64,000 nt of DNA from a virus, in the IMG/VR virus record IMGVR_UViG_3300045012_000235, positions 1-64,000 of that record; one strand, written 5' to 3'. Under the pieces are notes generated by a model. It ran no database searches. It saw only the letters and a list, made by a program, of their open reading frames with translations, and was not told the origin of the DNA. Below, in pieces: positions 50,807 through 60,039 of the stretch. Each line of letters begins with the position of its first letter. Position 1 is the stretch's first letter. The translations under genes were made by a program, and so were the position numbers.

Positions 50807-51300
50807 GTCAGGACCCTGTACTCGACCGGCCGCCCCCGTGACCTCGCGTCGTCGATCCCGCGCTGCATGCCGCCGCTGATCCCGTGATCCGTGTAGACCA
50901 CGGTGGCGTCGGCGAGCGCGCCCCAGGCAAACCCGCACGAGAGACCCGCCTCCCGTTCCCAGAGAATGTCGTCGTCCAAAAACTGCACGTAGAGGAGGTG
51001 CGAAGCGAACGGCGCTTCGCCGCGCATGACCGAGTCGCGCATGCAGCGGAGCAGGTACTCCCTGTTCAGGCGGAGCCCTTCGGGCGTGTCCGCGCGGAAC
51101 GGCGTCTCAACGTACACCCGTCGGCGAGTGGACCGTTTAGGGATTTGCAGCAGCTTGTAGACCGATACCGCGAACGTGAGGGTCGACACGACGATGACGT
51201 CCGGGTGCCACACGCCGTAGCGACTGAACGCCCACCCGTTGACCCCGTACAAGAGGATCGACATGTGCAAGAGAGCCCACCATAGCCAGCGGGGGATCAC
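50803..51300 (-). CDS. TM plus nucleoside-deoxyribosyltransferase-like (DUF4406-type) domain
   Basis: VYVETPF..GEAPFASHLLY.QFLDD..ER..G..D.GIS.GM. Confidence 0.65.
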   Translation of the reverse strand: MIPRWLWWALLHMSILLYGVNGWAFSRYGVWHPDVIVVSTLTFAVSVYKLLQIPKRSTRRRVYVETPFRADTPEGLRLNREYLLRCMRDSVMRGEAPFASHLLYVQFLDDDILWEREAGLSCGFAWGALADATVVYTDHGISGGMQRGIDDARSRGRPVEYRVLT

Positions 51301-52019
51301 TTGATCCTCTTTTTTCCTGCCGGAGGCAAGAGCTTGAACACATCACCGGTACCAAGCCGCGCCAGCGAAGTGGGCGTCGCGGTGCGTACAAGCGTGTTGA
51401 GCCTGGCCTGTGTCTCGCGGAGCGCCTGCGAGATACGCTGAACGCCAGCCCATACTTCGGGCGAATAGGGCAGCTCGTGTTCCACGCTGTTGTTGTTCCA
51501 GTGCGAAAAATACGGCTCCTCGGTCCTCGACAAAGCAGCTCTGTCGTCGCGAAGCTTCTTCTCCGTCTCATCCGCCCGAATCTTCTTCGCAACTCCGAAC
51601 TCATAAGAGGCGACGCGTTTTCGTTCCTTAGCAACGCGCTCCTCAAACTCGTCGATGTGTTCGCGTTCGATCAGTTCTTTCGGCTTCAACGGGTGAACGG
51701 CGCGCTCACGACGTAGGTACGTGAAGCTGCACGAAGCAGTGAAGACACGCTTGTCGTTCTCACGGCCGACATCGTCTTCGTCTCTCTCCGACTCGTCTAT
51801 TCGAAGCAGAATGACGGGACGCCATTCGACGACAGTTATCTTTGCGAGCAAAGCGCGTACCTTCTCAATGGCGCCGCTCTTCGTCACGTCACTGACGCGC
51901 TCCCCACCTACATCAGCAAAGAACTTTCCGTCTCGCTTATCGAGAAACAGATCGACGCCGAGTTTATGATTCTTAGGCGAGACCACTCGCTCGATCTTGG
52001 ATAGGTCGGCTCGGCTCAT
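51297..52019 (-). CDS. Hypothetical protein
   Basis: Coupled ORF; ELPYSPEVW. Confidence 0.7.
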   Translation of the reverse strand: MSRADLSKIERVVSPKNHKLGVDLFLDKRDGKFFADVGGERVSDVTKSGAIEKVRALLAKITVVEWRPVILLRIDESERDEDDVGRENDKRVFTASCSFTYLRRERAVHPLKPKELIEREHIDEFEERVAKERKRVASYEFGVAKKIRADETEKKLRDDRAALSRTEEPYFSHWNNNSVEHELPYSPEVWAGVQRISQALRETQARLNTLVRTATPTSLARLGTGDVFKLLPPAGKKRIK

Positions 52020-52462
52020 GCACCGCTCCCAAGACTGTCCCCGTAGAACTCGTCGAGCCCCTTCACGTCGCTCGTTGGATCGGTCAACTCGTCCGTTGCC
52101 TCAACGGGAAGGTGGGCCCGAAGCAGCATCACCACCCGAGAGAGCCGATCCGGATGACTCACAATGCGGCGAGTGTGATCGTCGCCTTCTCGCCCCGCGT
52201 TCTGGAGGATCATGACCGGCGCGCCTTCGAAATAAAGAGAGTACAGCCACCAAACGCGGCGCTCGTCGATACTGCGGCGAGCGTAGAACCGAATCTCGAA
52301 GATACCCTTCAACGAACCCTTGAGGATTGGCTCCACCCAGGTCATGTCCGCCGTATTCACCTCGGGGAGGTGATCGTATACGCCCGCATAGCCCTTGAGC
52401 GGACCCAGGTCGTCCCGCAGGATCTCCACTGGCTGGCGCAAATACAGTTCGTTGGGGGTCAC
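52016..52462 (-). CDS. Hypothetical phage protein
   Basis: MILQNAGREGDDH motif. Confidence 0.7.
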   Translation of the reverse strand: MTPNELYLRQPVEILRDDLGPLKGYAGVYDHLPEVNTADMTWVEPILKGSLKGIFEIRFYARRSIDERRVWWLYSLYFEGAPVMILQNAGREGDDHTRRIVSHPDRLSRVVMLLRAHLPVEATDELTDPTSDVKGLDEFYGDSLGSGA

Positions 52463-52962
52463 GAATCGTCTCCTCCGTAGTTGTATTCCCAGTCGCGGCG
52501 CTCCTGGTAAAATCGTTCCGCCACATCCGGCTCCAGTCCGTGCTTGACCGCAATGGCTGCGCGCTCGCGCGTCAAGGTTTCCTCCAGTTCTGCCCTCTCG
52601 GTCTCGATTCGCTTGTACCCAGCCTTGGCGATGAGCGCGGCTTCATCCGCTGCTGGCACCAAAAATTCTGGCAGACAGACCCCTCCGCTTCGATAGGACC
52701 CGCTACCGTAAACGACCCAGATAGCCAGGCGTCCCTCTTGACCTGGGTGGATGCTCAAAACATCGTTACGTACGATGGCGAGCTTTCCTCGCCAGCTCTG
52801 CGCCCACACGTCCGTGCAGTTGTCCGCGATCCGCACGACGTCGCCGATCCGAAACTGCGGACAGGTGCACCCGACCATCGCGCTACCGAACGACGGTTTG
52901 CCTTCGGCGTGCCACTTCATGATCTGGCAGTCCGGGTGCCTGTAGTGCACGCCGCTGGTCAC
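52459..52962 (-). CDS. Hypothetical protein (SH3-like core)
   Basis: FRIGDVVRI; coupled. Confidence 0.6.
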   Translation of the reverse strand: MTSGVHYRHPDCQIMKWHAEGKPSFGSAMVGCTCPQFRIGDVVRIADNCTDVWAQSWRGKLAIVRNDVLSIHPGQEGRLAIWVVYGSGSYRSGGVCLPEFLVPAADEAALIAKAGYKRIETERAELEETLTRERAAIAVKHGLEPDVAERFYQERRDWEYNYGGDDS

Positions 52963-53174
52963 GACAGGCTCCTCGCCGACTCAGCTACGCTGATCGTGTG
53001 GAGAATGGCGTAGCTCAGGTAATCCGGGTCGTTCTCCTGACCGAGCTTGCGGTTGATCTCCGCCATGTTGGGCGCAATAACCTCGTCGCGGATTCGTGCG
53101 CGGTTGGGGTAGAGCGCGAAGCAGCGGTCGATCTGCTCGCCCGTGAGAAACTCGCCTATCGTGACAGTCTTCAT
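52959..53174 (-). CDS. Hypothetical protein
   Basis: INRKLGQENDPDYLSYA. Confidence 0.65.
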   Translation of the reverse strand: MKTVTIGEFLTGEQIDRCFALYPNRARIRDEVIAPNMAEINRKLGQENDPDYLSYAILHTISVAESARSLS

Positions 53175-53524
53175 GGTCCCAACCTTTCCGCGTAATCCAG
53201 CGCAGCCACCCCGATGAGGTAGATCGCCAGCGTGGCGAGAATGAACCAGAGAGCCGCCTCGGACATCTTCACTTGAAGAGTCCCCCGACGCCGTCGAGGT
53301 AGTCCTTGACCGCCTCGAGATACATCTCCGTCACGTTGTCGCCCTGCACGTGCCGGAGCATGGCGGGCATGTGCCGGAGGAGCTCCGCCCGCGCGAGCTC
53401 TTCGTCCGTGGGCGGCCGTTCGTCGGTTGGGCGCACGAGACGCAAACGGCTCATCTCCGACCCAGCCAAAGAATGGTGGAGACGATGGCCATGACTCCGA
53501 CAATGAAGAAAAACGCATCCATGA

Positions 53525-53875
53525 TTACTCCTTGTACTTCGCCTTCAATCGGGCGAGCTCCGCGCGTTCCCGCTGCTCCTCGTCGACAGCCAGCTCCGCG
53601 ACCGCGTGCTCCTGCAGCTTCATCGCAACCACCACCGTGCGCAGGCGCTGCTCCAGTTCCGTCCTCTCTTCCTCCTCGACCATGATCGCGAACGTATCCA
53701 CCCGCTCCAGTGGACCTTCGAACCGCTCCTTGTAGAACCCGTTCAGATCGTAGTGCGCGATGAATCCGAACGTGTGACGGAGCGTTTGATACAGCTCCTT
53801 CGTGAAAAGGGATCTTGGGTACCCTGCCGCTGCGAACCGGCCGAACGCCTTCACGATGTCTGCATCGGACTTCAC
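53525..53875 (-). CDS. Hypothetical phage protein
   Basis: FTKELY..L...FGFIAHYD..GFY; ERAELARLKAKY. Confidence 0.7.
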   Translation of the reverse strand: MKSDADIVKAFGRFAAAGYPRSLFTKELYQTLRHTFGFIAHYDLNGFYKERFEGPLERVDTFAIMVEEEERTELEQRLRTVVVAMKLQEHAVAELAVDEEQRERAELARLKAKYKE

Positions 53876-54120
53876 GACGGCTCCGGCGGCTTCATGCCGA
53901 GCGTTCGCGACATGGCGTCGAAGTGCCGCAGTCCGTGCAAGCCGATGCGGGCCACCACCGATTTGCCGTCCAGGTAGTCCTTGACGACATCGGTCCATCC
54001 CGGAAAGCCATTGAGTCCCATAGCGGACGACAGAATGGTCAGCAGCGCTGCGAGGAGCTCTCGATCCCGAGAAGGTGGAAACCACGGCTCCTTCGGTCTC
54101 TGGATAGTAGAACGGCTCAT
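53872..54120 (-). CDS. Hypothetical protein
   Basis: Coupled ORF. Confidence 0.5.
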   Translation of the reverse strand: MSRSTIQRPKEPWFPPSRDRELLAALLTILSSAMGLNGFPGWTDVVKDYLDGKSVVARIGLHGLRHFDAMSRTLGMKPPEPS

Positions 54121-54515
54121 CGCTTCTTACCCTCCGCTTCGATCTGATCGAGCCCGCGATGAACCACCATTTGCAGCAGGTCCGCCCGCGTCAAGCGCAT
54201 CTTCTCCGCGAGCTTGTCCGTGCGCTCCAGCAGAGACTTTTCCAGACGAATGGGCGCCTGCACCGTCTCCGAGTCGGGTTTGTGTTCACGCACTTCACCC
54301 TGAATGAAAGCCAAAAGATCGCTCCCGGGCCTGAACCAGTCACCGCTCACCCGAAGGTGCGCGAACCGGGCATGAAGAGCCACCTCGGTCGAACAATCCC
54401 CGGCAACCACGCCAAGCATTTTCGCCTTTACGGATTGCGAACGATCCGGAACGCCGCGACTCCACCCGATCTTGATGAGACCTTGCTGCCGACGCTGGGC
54501 GAAGTAGACGCTCAT
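54117..54515 (-). CDS. GIY-YIG/T5orf172-like domain fused to RHH
   Basis: VYF...IKIG.S..R..E..LH.RF..R..G.WF; C-terminus paralogous to the adjacent RHH gene. Confidence 0.75.
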   Translation of the reverse strand: MSVYFAQRRQQGLIKIGWSRGVPDRSQSVKAKMLGVVAGDCSTEVALHARFAHLRVSGDWFRPGSDLLAFIQGEVREHKPDSETVQAPIRLEKSLLERTDKLAEKMRLTRADLLQMVVHRGLDQIEAEGKKR

Positions 54516-54697
54516 CGCTTCTTGCTTTCCACTTCGAGCTGGTCGAGACCTTGGTGGACGGCCAGTCGCAAGAGGTCCGCCCGCGTCAAGCGCAACCCTG
54601 GTCGCGACATCTTCTCCGCGAGCTTGTCCGCACGCTCCAACACAGACTCGCCCAACCGAAGCGCCGTCTGAACCTGTTGCTCTTGCTTGTCTGTCAC
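54512..54697 (-). CDS. RHH DNA-binding protein
   Basis: VQTALRL..VLERADKLAEKM..TRADLLRLAV; GGAGG RBS. Confidence 0.75.
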   Translation of the reverse strand: MTDKQEQQVQTALRLGESVLERADKLAEKMSRPGLRLTRADLLRLAVHQGLDQLEVESKKR

Positions 54698-54716
54698 GGT
54701 TCCTCCAGTTCTACCT

Positions 54717-54744
54717 ATTGTACATCGTTGCATACCATTGTCAA
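54717..54744 (-). promoter_or_regulatory. Near-consensus sigma70 promoter
   Basis: TTGACA-16-TACAAT. Confidence 0.8.
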
Positions 54745-54966
54745 TCACGAGCCTCGCCACGCACCGCGTTTCCTCGTCTTCGACTTCGCCACGGAATGAG
54801 CGAGTGAATCCACGGTCCGGAGACAGGTGCCGCAGAGCCGCACCTCGCGAGCGTCGCGCCCGGTCGCGGCGGCGAACACCAGGCACGCGAGCGTGCTGTC
54901 GATCTTCCCCTGCACCGCGTTGCGCTTCGGGCAGCGCTGGCAGGGCATGCTGTACTCGCCGCTCAT
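54745..54966 (-). CDS. Zn-finger small protein
   Basis: CQRC...CGTC. Confidence 0.5.
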   Translation of the reverse strand: MSGEYSMPCQRCPKRNAVQGKIDSTLACLVFAAATGRDAREVRLCGTCLRTVDSLAHSVAKSKTRKRGAWRGS

Positions 54967-55583
54967 CTCTTGCCTCCCTGCTCTTCAAACCGGATGACCA
55001 CGTCCTTGCCGTCCGCGAAGAGCACTGCGATGGCGTGTCCGTGCTTCGGGTTCGGCGGGCGCACGAGGTCGACGCCCAGCGCACCGTTCGGCGGCCGGTT
55101 GCTACTCAGCAGGTCGTAGACGCGCTTTGCGAGTCGGTCGGCGTTCGATTCAACTTCGACTTTGATCGCGACATTTGCAACCTCATCGCACTCAACGACA
55201 ATCTGTTCATCCGCACCAACCGGTACACCTCCAAGCACATCGACGGTGACCCACTGATCGCCATCCTGATACTCGAGCCAGCACGTCCAACTCTTCCCTT
55301 TCCGAGCACCCACAATCCGGCACCGGATACCAACGGCCAGACACATCGTCGCAGCAACAAGCACCGCGTCGTCCGCATCAAACTGCGGTCCGTGCGCCCG
55401 CGGGTCGTTATGCCCTTTGACGCTCCAGTCTACGATGTGGTCCACAATAGCCTTCACTTTGTCGATGATGATCGGTCGATCCTTGGTCAACCCCCTCGCC
55501 GTCTTATGTACGTCTGGCGTCAACCGCTCGCTCCAGGCGCGGCTGGCGATCTGTTTCAAGCTCATCTCAATACCGGTATTCAT
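54963..55583 (-). CDS. Inactive transglutaminase-like paralog
   Basis: SLKQIASRAW..FDADD..WVTVD aligns with the 3198 protein; catalytic Cys replaced by Ala, His absent. Confidence 0.7.
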   Translation of the reverse strand: MNTGIEMSLKQIASRAWSERLTPDVHKTARGLTKDRPIIIDKVKAIVDHIVDWSVKGHNDPRAHGPQFDADDAVLVAATMCLAVGIRCRIVGARKGKSWTCWLEYQDGDQWVTVDVLGGVPVGADEQIVVECDEVANVAIKVEVESNADRLAKRVYDLLSSNRPPNGALGVDLVRPPNPKHGHAIAVLFADGKDVVIRFEEQGGKR

Positions 55584-55798
55584 AATCTCCTCCCCATCGC
55601 ATCGACGATGACCCGCAGGCACTCGACGACCGCAGCATCTTCGAGCACTCCGCCGTCGCCGTCGGTTCCGAGCTCGCCGATGTGGTCGGCAATGCGGCCG
55701 ACCGACTCGGCGTCGAAGTCGAGCATGAGCACCTCGACCGCCTGCACGAACTTGTCCTTTGCTTTCCGCTCTCCAGCGGTCAATTTCCTGTCACCCAT
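55580..55798 (-). CDS. Hypothetical protein
   Basis: GGAGG RBS; coupled. Confidence 0.55.
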   Translation of the reverse strand: MGDRKLTAGERKAKDKFVQAVEVLMLDFDAESVGRIADHIGELGTDGDGGVLEDAAVVECLRVIVDAMGRRL

Positions 55799-56297
55799 AA
55801 CGAACCTCCCCAAGCAGCGCGAGCTGCACCACGACGTCCTCTCGAGTGGCGTCCGTATGCTCGTACCAATCGACGCCCCACCGCTTGACGCCCTCCTCCC
55901 AGGCGCGCAGCGCGGCCGCGCGGTCCAGACGGTACCAACCCTTGGGGAGCGGCTGCCCGAGCGCCCATGCCCGGATTGCCTCCTCGCGATCGGGCTCCTC
56001 GCCACGCCGGCACCGTCCACCATGAGGGCCTGCAAATTCCCAGCAAAGCCACCCGCGCTCGGGATGTCTGTCGACGCCGCACATCCAGTAGCCGACGTAC
56101 TGCGAACCGAAGATGTCCGTGTACCCAGTGAGGTAGTCAACCCAGAATGAATCGATCTCGACGGTGAGCGTGAATGTGTGTTTCAGCGGCGCCGGCCGCT
56201 CGGTCGCCGCGTTCATTCGAAACGCGTGATCGATGGCCGTATCTGCGTGTTCGGTTCGGTACAGCCCACAATCTGCGCACTTATCCATTGGACACAT
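55791..56297 (-). CDS. Hypothetical phage protein
   Basis: GYW..D...DVVVQLALLGEVRYG. Confidence 0.7.
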   Translation of the reverse strand: MCPMDKCADCGLYRTEHADTAIDHAFRMNAATERPAPLKHTFTLTVEIDSFWVDYLTGYTDIFGSQYVGYWMCGVDRHPERGWLCWEFAGPHGGRCRRGEEPDREEAIRAWALGQPLPKGWYRLDRAAALRAWEEGVKRWGVDWYEHTDATREDVVVQLALLGEVRYG

Positions 56298-56670
56298 TCC
56301 CTCCTCCGTTTCGATGACTGTTGCATGCGGCGTACGCCTCCCGCGCTCGCTCGATCATCCGGTCGAGCACGGCCTCGACGCTCCCGGTGCGGTGCACCCG
56401 CGTGGCCTTGAAGATGGGGATGACCTTCGCCGGGTAGTGAAATCGATTGTCCGTGAACAGCGCCACGACCCGGATTGCGTCCTCACCGCACTCGCGGACC
56501 TCACCGGCTCCGCGCGTGATCGAACTGTAGACCTTGACGACGTACCTGGGGTCGCGGTCGTGCACGCGCTGGTAGACCTCCTCGCCGTGCGAAGCAACGA
56601 TGAACAGGAACCCCGCCGCCGCCAACCGTTCTCGGATGGCGGAGGCGGGAACCGGAACGAAGCCCCTCAT
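56281..56670 (-). CDS. Hypothetical phage protein
   Basis: VKVYSSI..R.CGEDAIRV..RVHRT. Confidence 0.7.
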   Translation of the reverse strand: MRGFVPVPASAIRERLAAAGFLFIVASHGEEVYQRVHDRDPRYVVKVYSSITRGAGEVRECGEDAIRVVALFTDNRFHYPAKVIPIFKATRVHRTGSVEAVLDRMIERAREAYAACNSHRNGGGNVSNG

Positions 56671-59087
56671 CGGAGCCCCTCGACAAGGACGAGGGTCTTT
56701 CTGGCGCGTGTGACCGCTACGTAGTAGAGCGCGTCCTCTTCGATGCCGGGGCGTCGACGGTAGGTCGCGGCGAGCAGCCAGACACGGTCCCATTCAAGAC
56801 CCTTGGCTTTGTGCGTCGTCGAGAGCGTGATGCGGTTCTTGTCGGTGTTGTCCGCAAATAACGATTCAATCTCACTCACCACGTCGGCAACCGTCACCGC
56901 GTTCTCGCTAAGCGCCAGGATGCAGGCGACCCTATCTTCCACCGCCTGCGTGTCCCGGCGCTTCTTGGCAAGCCGATCACACTCCTTGGTTCCCCAGGCT
57001 TCGACGTACTCGCGGAGCTGGCTGACCGTCTTGGCCTTACTCTTCTTGACGAAGGCAGCGAGTTGCGCGCCGATATCGCGACCGGCGATGGCCGCACGCC
57101 GACCTTCCGACAGGAACCACATACAGAGCGAGATAAGCGGCGCGTTGGTGCGGCTGATGATGACGTCGCCGGACTGCGCGTCCCGCTTCATCTCCTTGAA
57201 CGTGGCGTCACCAACCTCGCCCTCCTCGGCGTCCGGCGCCCACTCGATTGCCGGGACGATAGTCTGCGCCTCGCGGATGACCGACTTCGGGCAGCGGTAG
57301 CAGACGGAGAGAGGTAGCTCGGTAGCAGACAGGTGCGTCTTGACGTTATTGAACGCATTCTCATCGGCTCCACGAAACCTGTAGATGCAGTTGTGCACCA
57401 CGACGCCGTTGACAACGAAGTTGCCGAGCCCGTCTACCTCCAGGTCGTAACAATCGTCGACCGGAACCTCTCGCCGACCGAGCACTGGGACCGACCGTAC
57501 TTTCCCGTCTTCGCCGACGATTGGTACCATCATACCGATGTTCACCGACGCCGCCGGAACCGCGAACGTGCGGCGGTTCGCGCTGGTGCAGGCCAGACTC
57601 TCAACAACGTACCCGCCGAATCGCTCGGCGAGCGCGTCGGCGGTGTTGCGAGCCTCCCGCAGCGATGGGAAGCACTTGCGAAATCGCATCGTACCGCGTT
57701 TGGTTGACGACATCCCGACACTCACCGCGTCGTTGCGATTGATGATCGAGCTCTCGATCTCAACCTTGTGACCATCCTTGGTCGCCAAAAGCAGATTCAC
57801 CGCGACCCGACCACGCGCCGTTGCCTTCGCCATGTAATTAGGCCGGTTGAAATCGAGACCAGCGACGTCGAGCAATTGCCGGCCGTTCTGACCGAACTTA
57901 CCGAACAGGCGAGCGGTCGCTGCACCGTCGCCCCAAGAGTCCGGGCGCGGCTTGAACGGCTCGCGGGGGATGCCAAAAGCGTACGCCCACTCGGCCTCCA
58001 ACTCGGCCGCTTCGTCGTAGGTCGCGAACCATCGCAGCACCCAGAGACGCTCCGCACATTCCTGCTGCGTCCGAACATGGAAGTTCTGTCCGCGCTTGCC
58101 GACCGTGCGCGACACTCCGATTCGGAACCCCAAGTCTGGCCGGTACATCAGGTACACGAACGACCCGCGCGGATCGTCGATCGCCGCGAACAGGACGTGC
58201 TCGGCGGTCGCCTGCATCGTCCCGTACTCGCCAAGGTCAAACTCAAACGCCTTTTGCTTCCGCGTGCACGTCTTCTTGACGATCCGGCGAGGCTCAACCT
58301 CACCTGCCTTGACGGCAAGCACCTCGTCGCCCTCGCGAAGATGCTCGATCGGGACGGGCCCGCGCGGCGTAGAAACCATCTGCCCGGCCGGAATGCACTG
58401 CATCGGATCGCCGACCGCCAGGATCCGACCGTCCGGCTTGACCGCGCGCAAGACCATTTGGATCTGCGCAGGGGTCAAGTCCTGAACCTCATCAACGCAC
58501 ACGCGGTCAAACTTGCGCTGCGGCAAGTCAAGCACGAGCGGTAGCCAGATCATGTCATCGAAGTCGATACGACCATCCTCGATGCTGGCGCACTGCTCCA
58601 GCAGCTTGAACACATTGGTGATGAAGGCGCCCCTGTTACCGTTCTCCGCGCTGTCGATCCCGAACGCGTCGATGAGCGAGTCGATCTGCTCCTCGGTACC
58701 TGCCAACGCACCCTTGGCGAGCGAGACGCACTTAGCGAGGTCGCGACGCAGCTCGAAGTTATTCTCCTCACCGACCAGTGCTCGAACGAAGTCATCAACG
58801 CGGTGCCCGTCAATCCGAAGCCGACCGAGCGACGCCGTAATACACTTCAAGCCGTAGGAGTGTAGCGTCGAGGTCTCAACCCCGCGCGGCGCTCGGCGTC
58901 CAAGTTCCTCAGCGATCGACTTATTGAAGGCGACGAACAAAGTTCTGCACCCGTCTGGTACGTGCTTGAGAGCCTCGACTGTCGAGGTCGTTTTTCCCGA
59001 TCCTGCAACTGCATTGACGACCGTGTGACCGGTTCCGGTGGCGACGTTGGCGAAGATGGCGAGTTGGTACGAGCTCCAGGTGCGCAT
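56667..59087 (-). CDS. UvrD/Rep-like SF1 helicase with intein
   Basis: AVAGSGKT, DEVQD, GDPMQ|intein|CIYRFRGA, YRCP, SRTN, THKAKGLEW, YVAVTRA. Confidence 0.92.
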   Translation of the reverse strand: MRTWSSYQLAIFANVATGTGHTVVNAVAGSGKTTSTVEALKHVPDGCRTLFVAFNKSIAEELGRRAPRGVETSTLHSYGLKCITASLGRLRIDGHRVDDFVRALVGEENNFELRRDLAKCVSLAKGALAGTEEQIDSLIDAFGIDSAENGNRGAFITNVFKLLEQCASIEDGRIDFDDMIWLPLVLDLPQRKFDRVCVDEVQDLTPAQIQMVLRAVKPDGRILAVGDPMQCIPAGQMVSTPRGPVPIEHLREGDEVLAVKAGEVEPRRIVKKTCTRKQKAFEFDLGEYGTMQATAEHVLFAAIDDPRGSFVYLMYRPDLGFRIGVSRTVGKRGQNFHVRTQQECAERLWVLRWFATYDEAAELEAEWAYAFGIPREPFKPRPDSWGDGAATARLFGKFGQNGRQLLDVAGLDFNRPNYMAKATARGRVAVNLLLATKDGHKVEIESSIINRNDAVSVGMSSTKRGTMRFRKCFPSLREARNTADALAERFGGYVVESLACTSANRRTFAVPAASVNIGMMVPIVGEDGKVRSVPVLGRREVPVDDCYDLEVDGLGNFVVNGVVVHNCIYRFRGADENAFNNVKTHLSATELPLSVCYRCPKSVIREAQTIVPAIEWAPDAEEGEVGDATFKEMKRDAQSGDVIISRTNAPLISLCMWFLSEGRRAAIAGRDIGAQLAAFVKKSKAKTVSQLREYVEAWGTKECDRLAKKRRDTQAVEDRVACILALSENAVTVADVVSEIESLFADNTDKNRITLSTTHKAKGLEWDRVWLLAATYRRRPGIEEDALYYVAVTRARKTLVLVEGLR
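57390..58397 (-). mobile_element. Intein (336 aa) in helicase motif III
   Basis: Starts CIPAG, block B ATAEH, ends YDLEV..NFVVNGVVVHN, +1 Cys. Confidence 0.92.
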
Positions 59088-59119
59088 GATTGGGATCTCC
59101 TTTTCCCGAGGTTGAGTAA

Positions 59120-59194
59120 ACAGTACCTCTTGGAGGATTCACTGTCAACCAGAAAGATTTAGTAGTTGACACCGTGCACCGAAGCCACTACGTT
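59120..59194. promoter_or_regulatory. Back-to-back sigma70 promoters
   Basis: Minus: TTGACA(59148)-17-TACTGT; plus: TTGACA(59166)-17-TACGTT. Confidence 0.85.
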
Positions 59195-59203
59195 GAGTCC
59201 CAG

Positions 59204-59392
59204 ATGAACAAGGGATCGCGAACGATCAACGGCCGGGTGTACGACCTCGTATCCCGGTGGCCCGGCATCGATGCAGCTGAGAGAGCAGCCGAGCACGCCT
59301 CCAAAATTCGCGCGTCCGGGGGCATGGCCCGCTGCATCAAACACAACCGATTCGACGTCGCCGTCTACGCACTCGGCGGCGAAGGAAAGTAA
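59204..59392 (+). CDS. Small hypothetical protein
   Basis: ATG 9 nt after the -10. Confidence 0.6.
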   Translation: MNKGSRTINGRVYDLVSRWPGIDAAERAAEHASKIRASGGMARCIKHNRFDVAVYALGGEGK

Positions 59393-59393
59393 A

Positions 59394-59891
59394 ATGAACC
59401 TCACCACACAGCAGCGAATTGACGTCGTCATTGGCCTGCACCGCGCCTTCACGAAGTTCCGCCACCATACGCAGTTCACCCGCCGCGTAGAGCCCTTCAT
59501 CAAGGCCGAGCTCCCCGGCTACACGGTCAGCGTGGACCCGGACCACTACGGCCTCCGGACCATCCGCGTCTGGGGCAACGGCCTGCCCTACGACAACGGC
59601 GTCTACCTCTGCTGGAACTCCAGCAAGCCGTGGGCGGAGGGCATGGCCGAGGCGCTCGAGATCGCCGACTCCAGCGACTACGCCGAGCGCAGCGAGGCCG
59701 AGGAGGACCTCAAGGGCAAGCTGGACACGCTGCACGCCGAGGTCGAGCGATGCCGTGCGGCGGCGAAGATCCTCATCGAGCAGCTTCCCATCCCTAAGTC
59801 GGCGACCATCCGGGCCGAGCGCCACTTCTGGGACGGTCCCAGCAGCGAGCTAGGCAAGGCGTACCCTCTGCTCTTCGGGAGCGTCCGATGA
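59394..59891 (+). CDS. Hypothetical protein
   Basis: Strong GC3 bias; AAGGA RBS. Confidence 0.7.
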   Translation: MNLTTQQRIDVVIGLHRAFTKFRHHTQFTRRVEPFIKAELPGYTVSVDPDHYGLRTIRVWGNGLPYDNGVYLCWNSSKPWAEGMAEALEIADSSDYAERSEAEEDLKGKLDTLHAEVERCRAAAKILIEQLPIPKSATIRAERHFWDGPSSELGKAYPLLFGSVR

Positions 59892-60039
59892 AACCCAGAG
59901 CAACTCTCATCTGTCCGGAGTGCAGAGGGGCCGGGCGGGTTCTTGGTGGGACACGCCGCGGAACCCTTCAATGCCGAAGATGTCGCGGTATTGGGATCAT
60001 CTCAAACATCCGACGGAAGCACAAACCTGTGAGGATCTC

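Noticed and set aside
49755-56150. Long plus-strand ORFs 49755-50741 and 54687-56150
   Set aside because: Antisense to well-supported coupled minus-strand genes; GC-rich shadows
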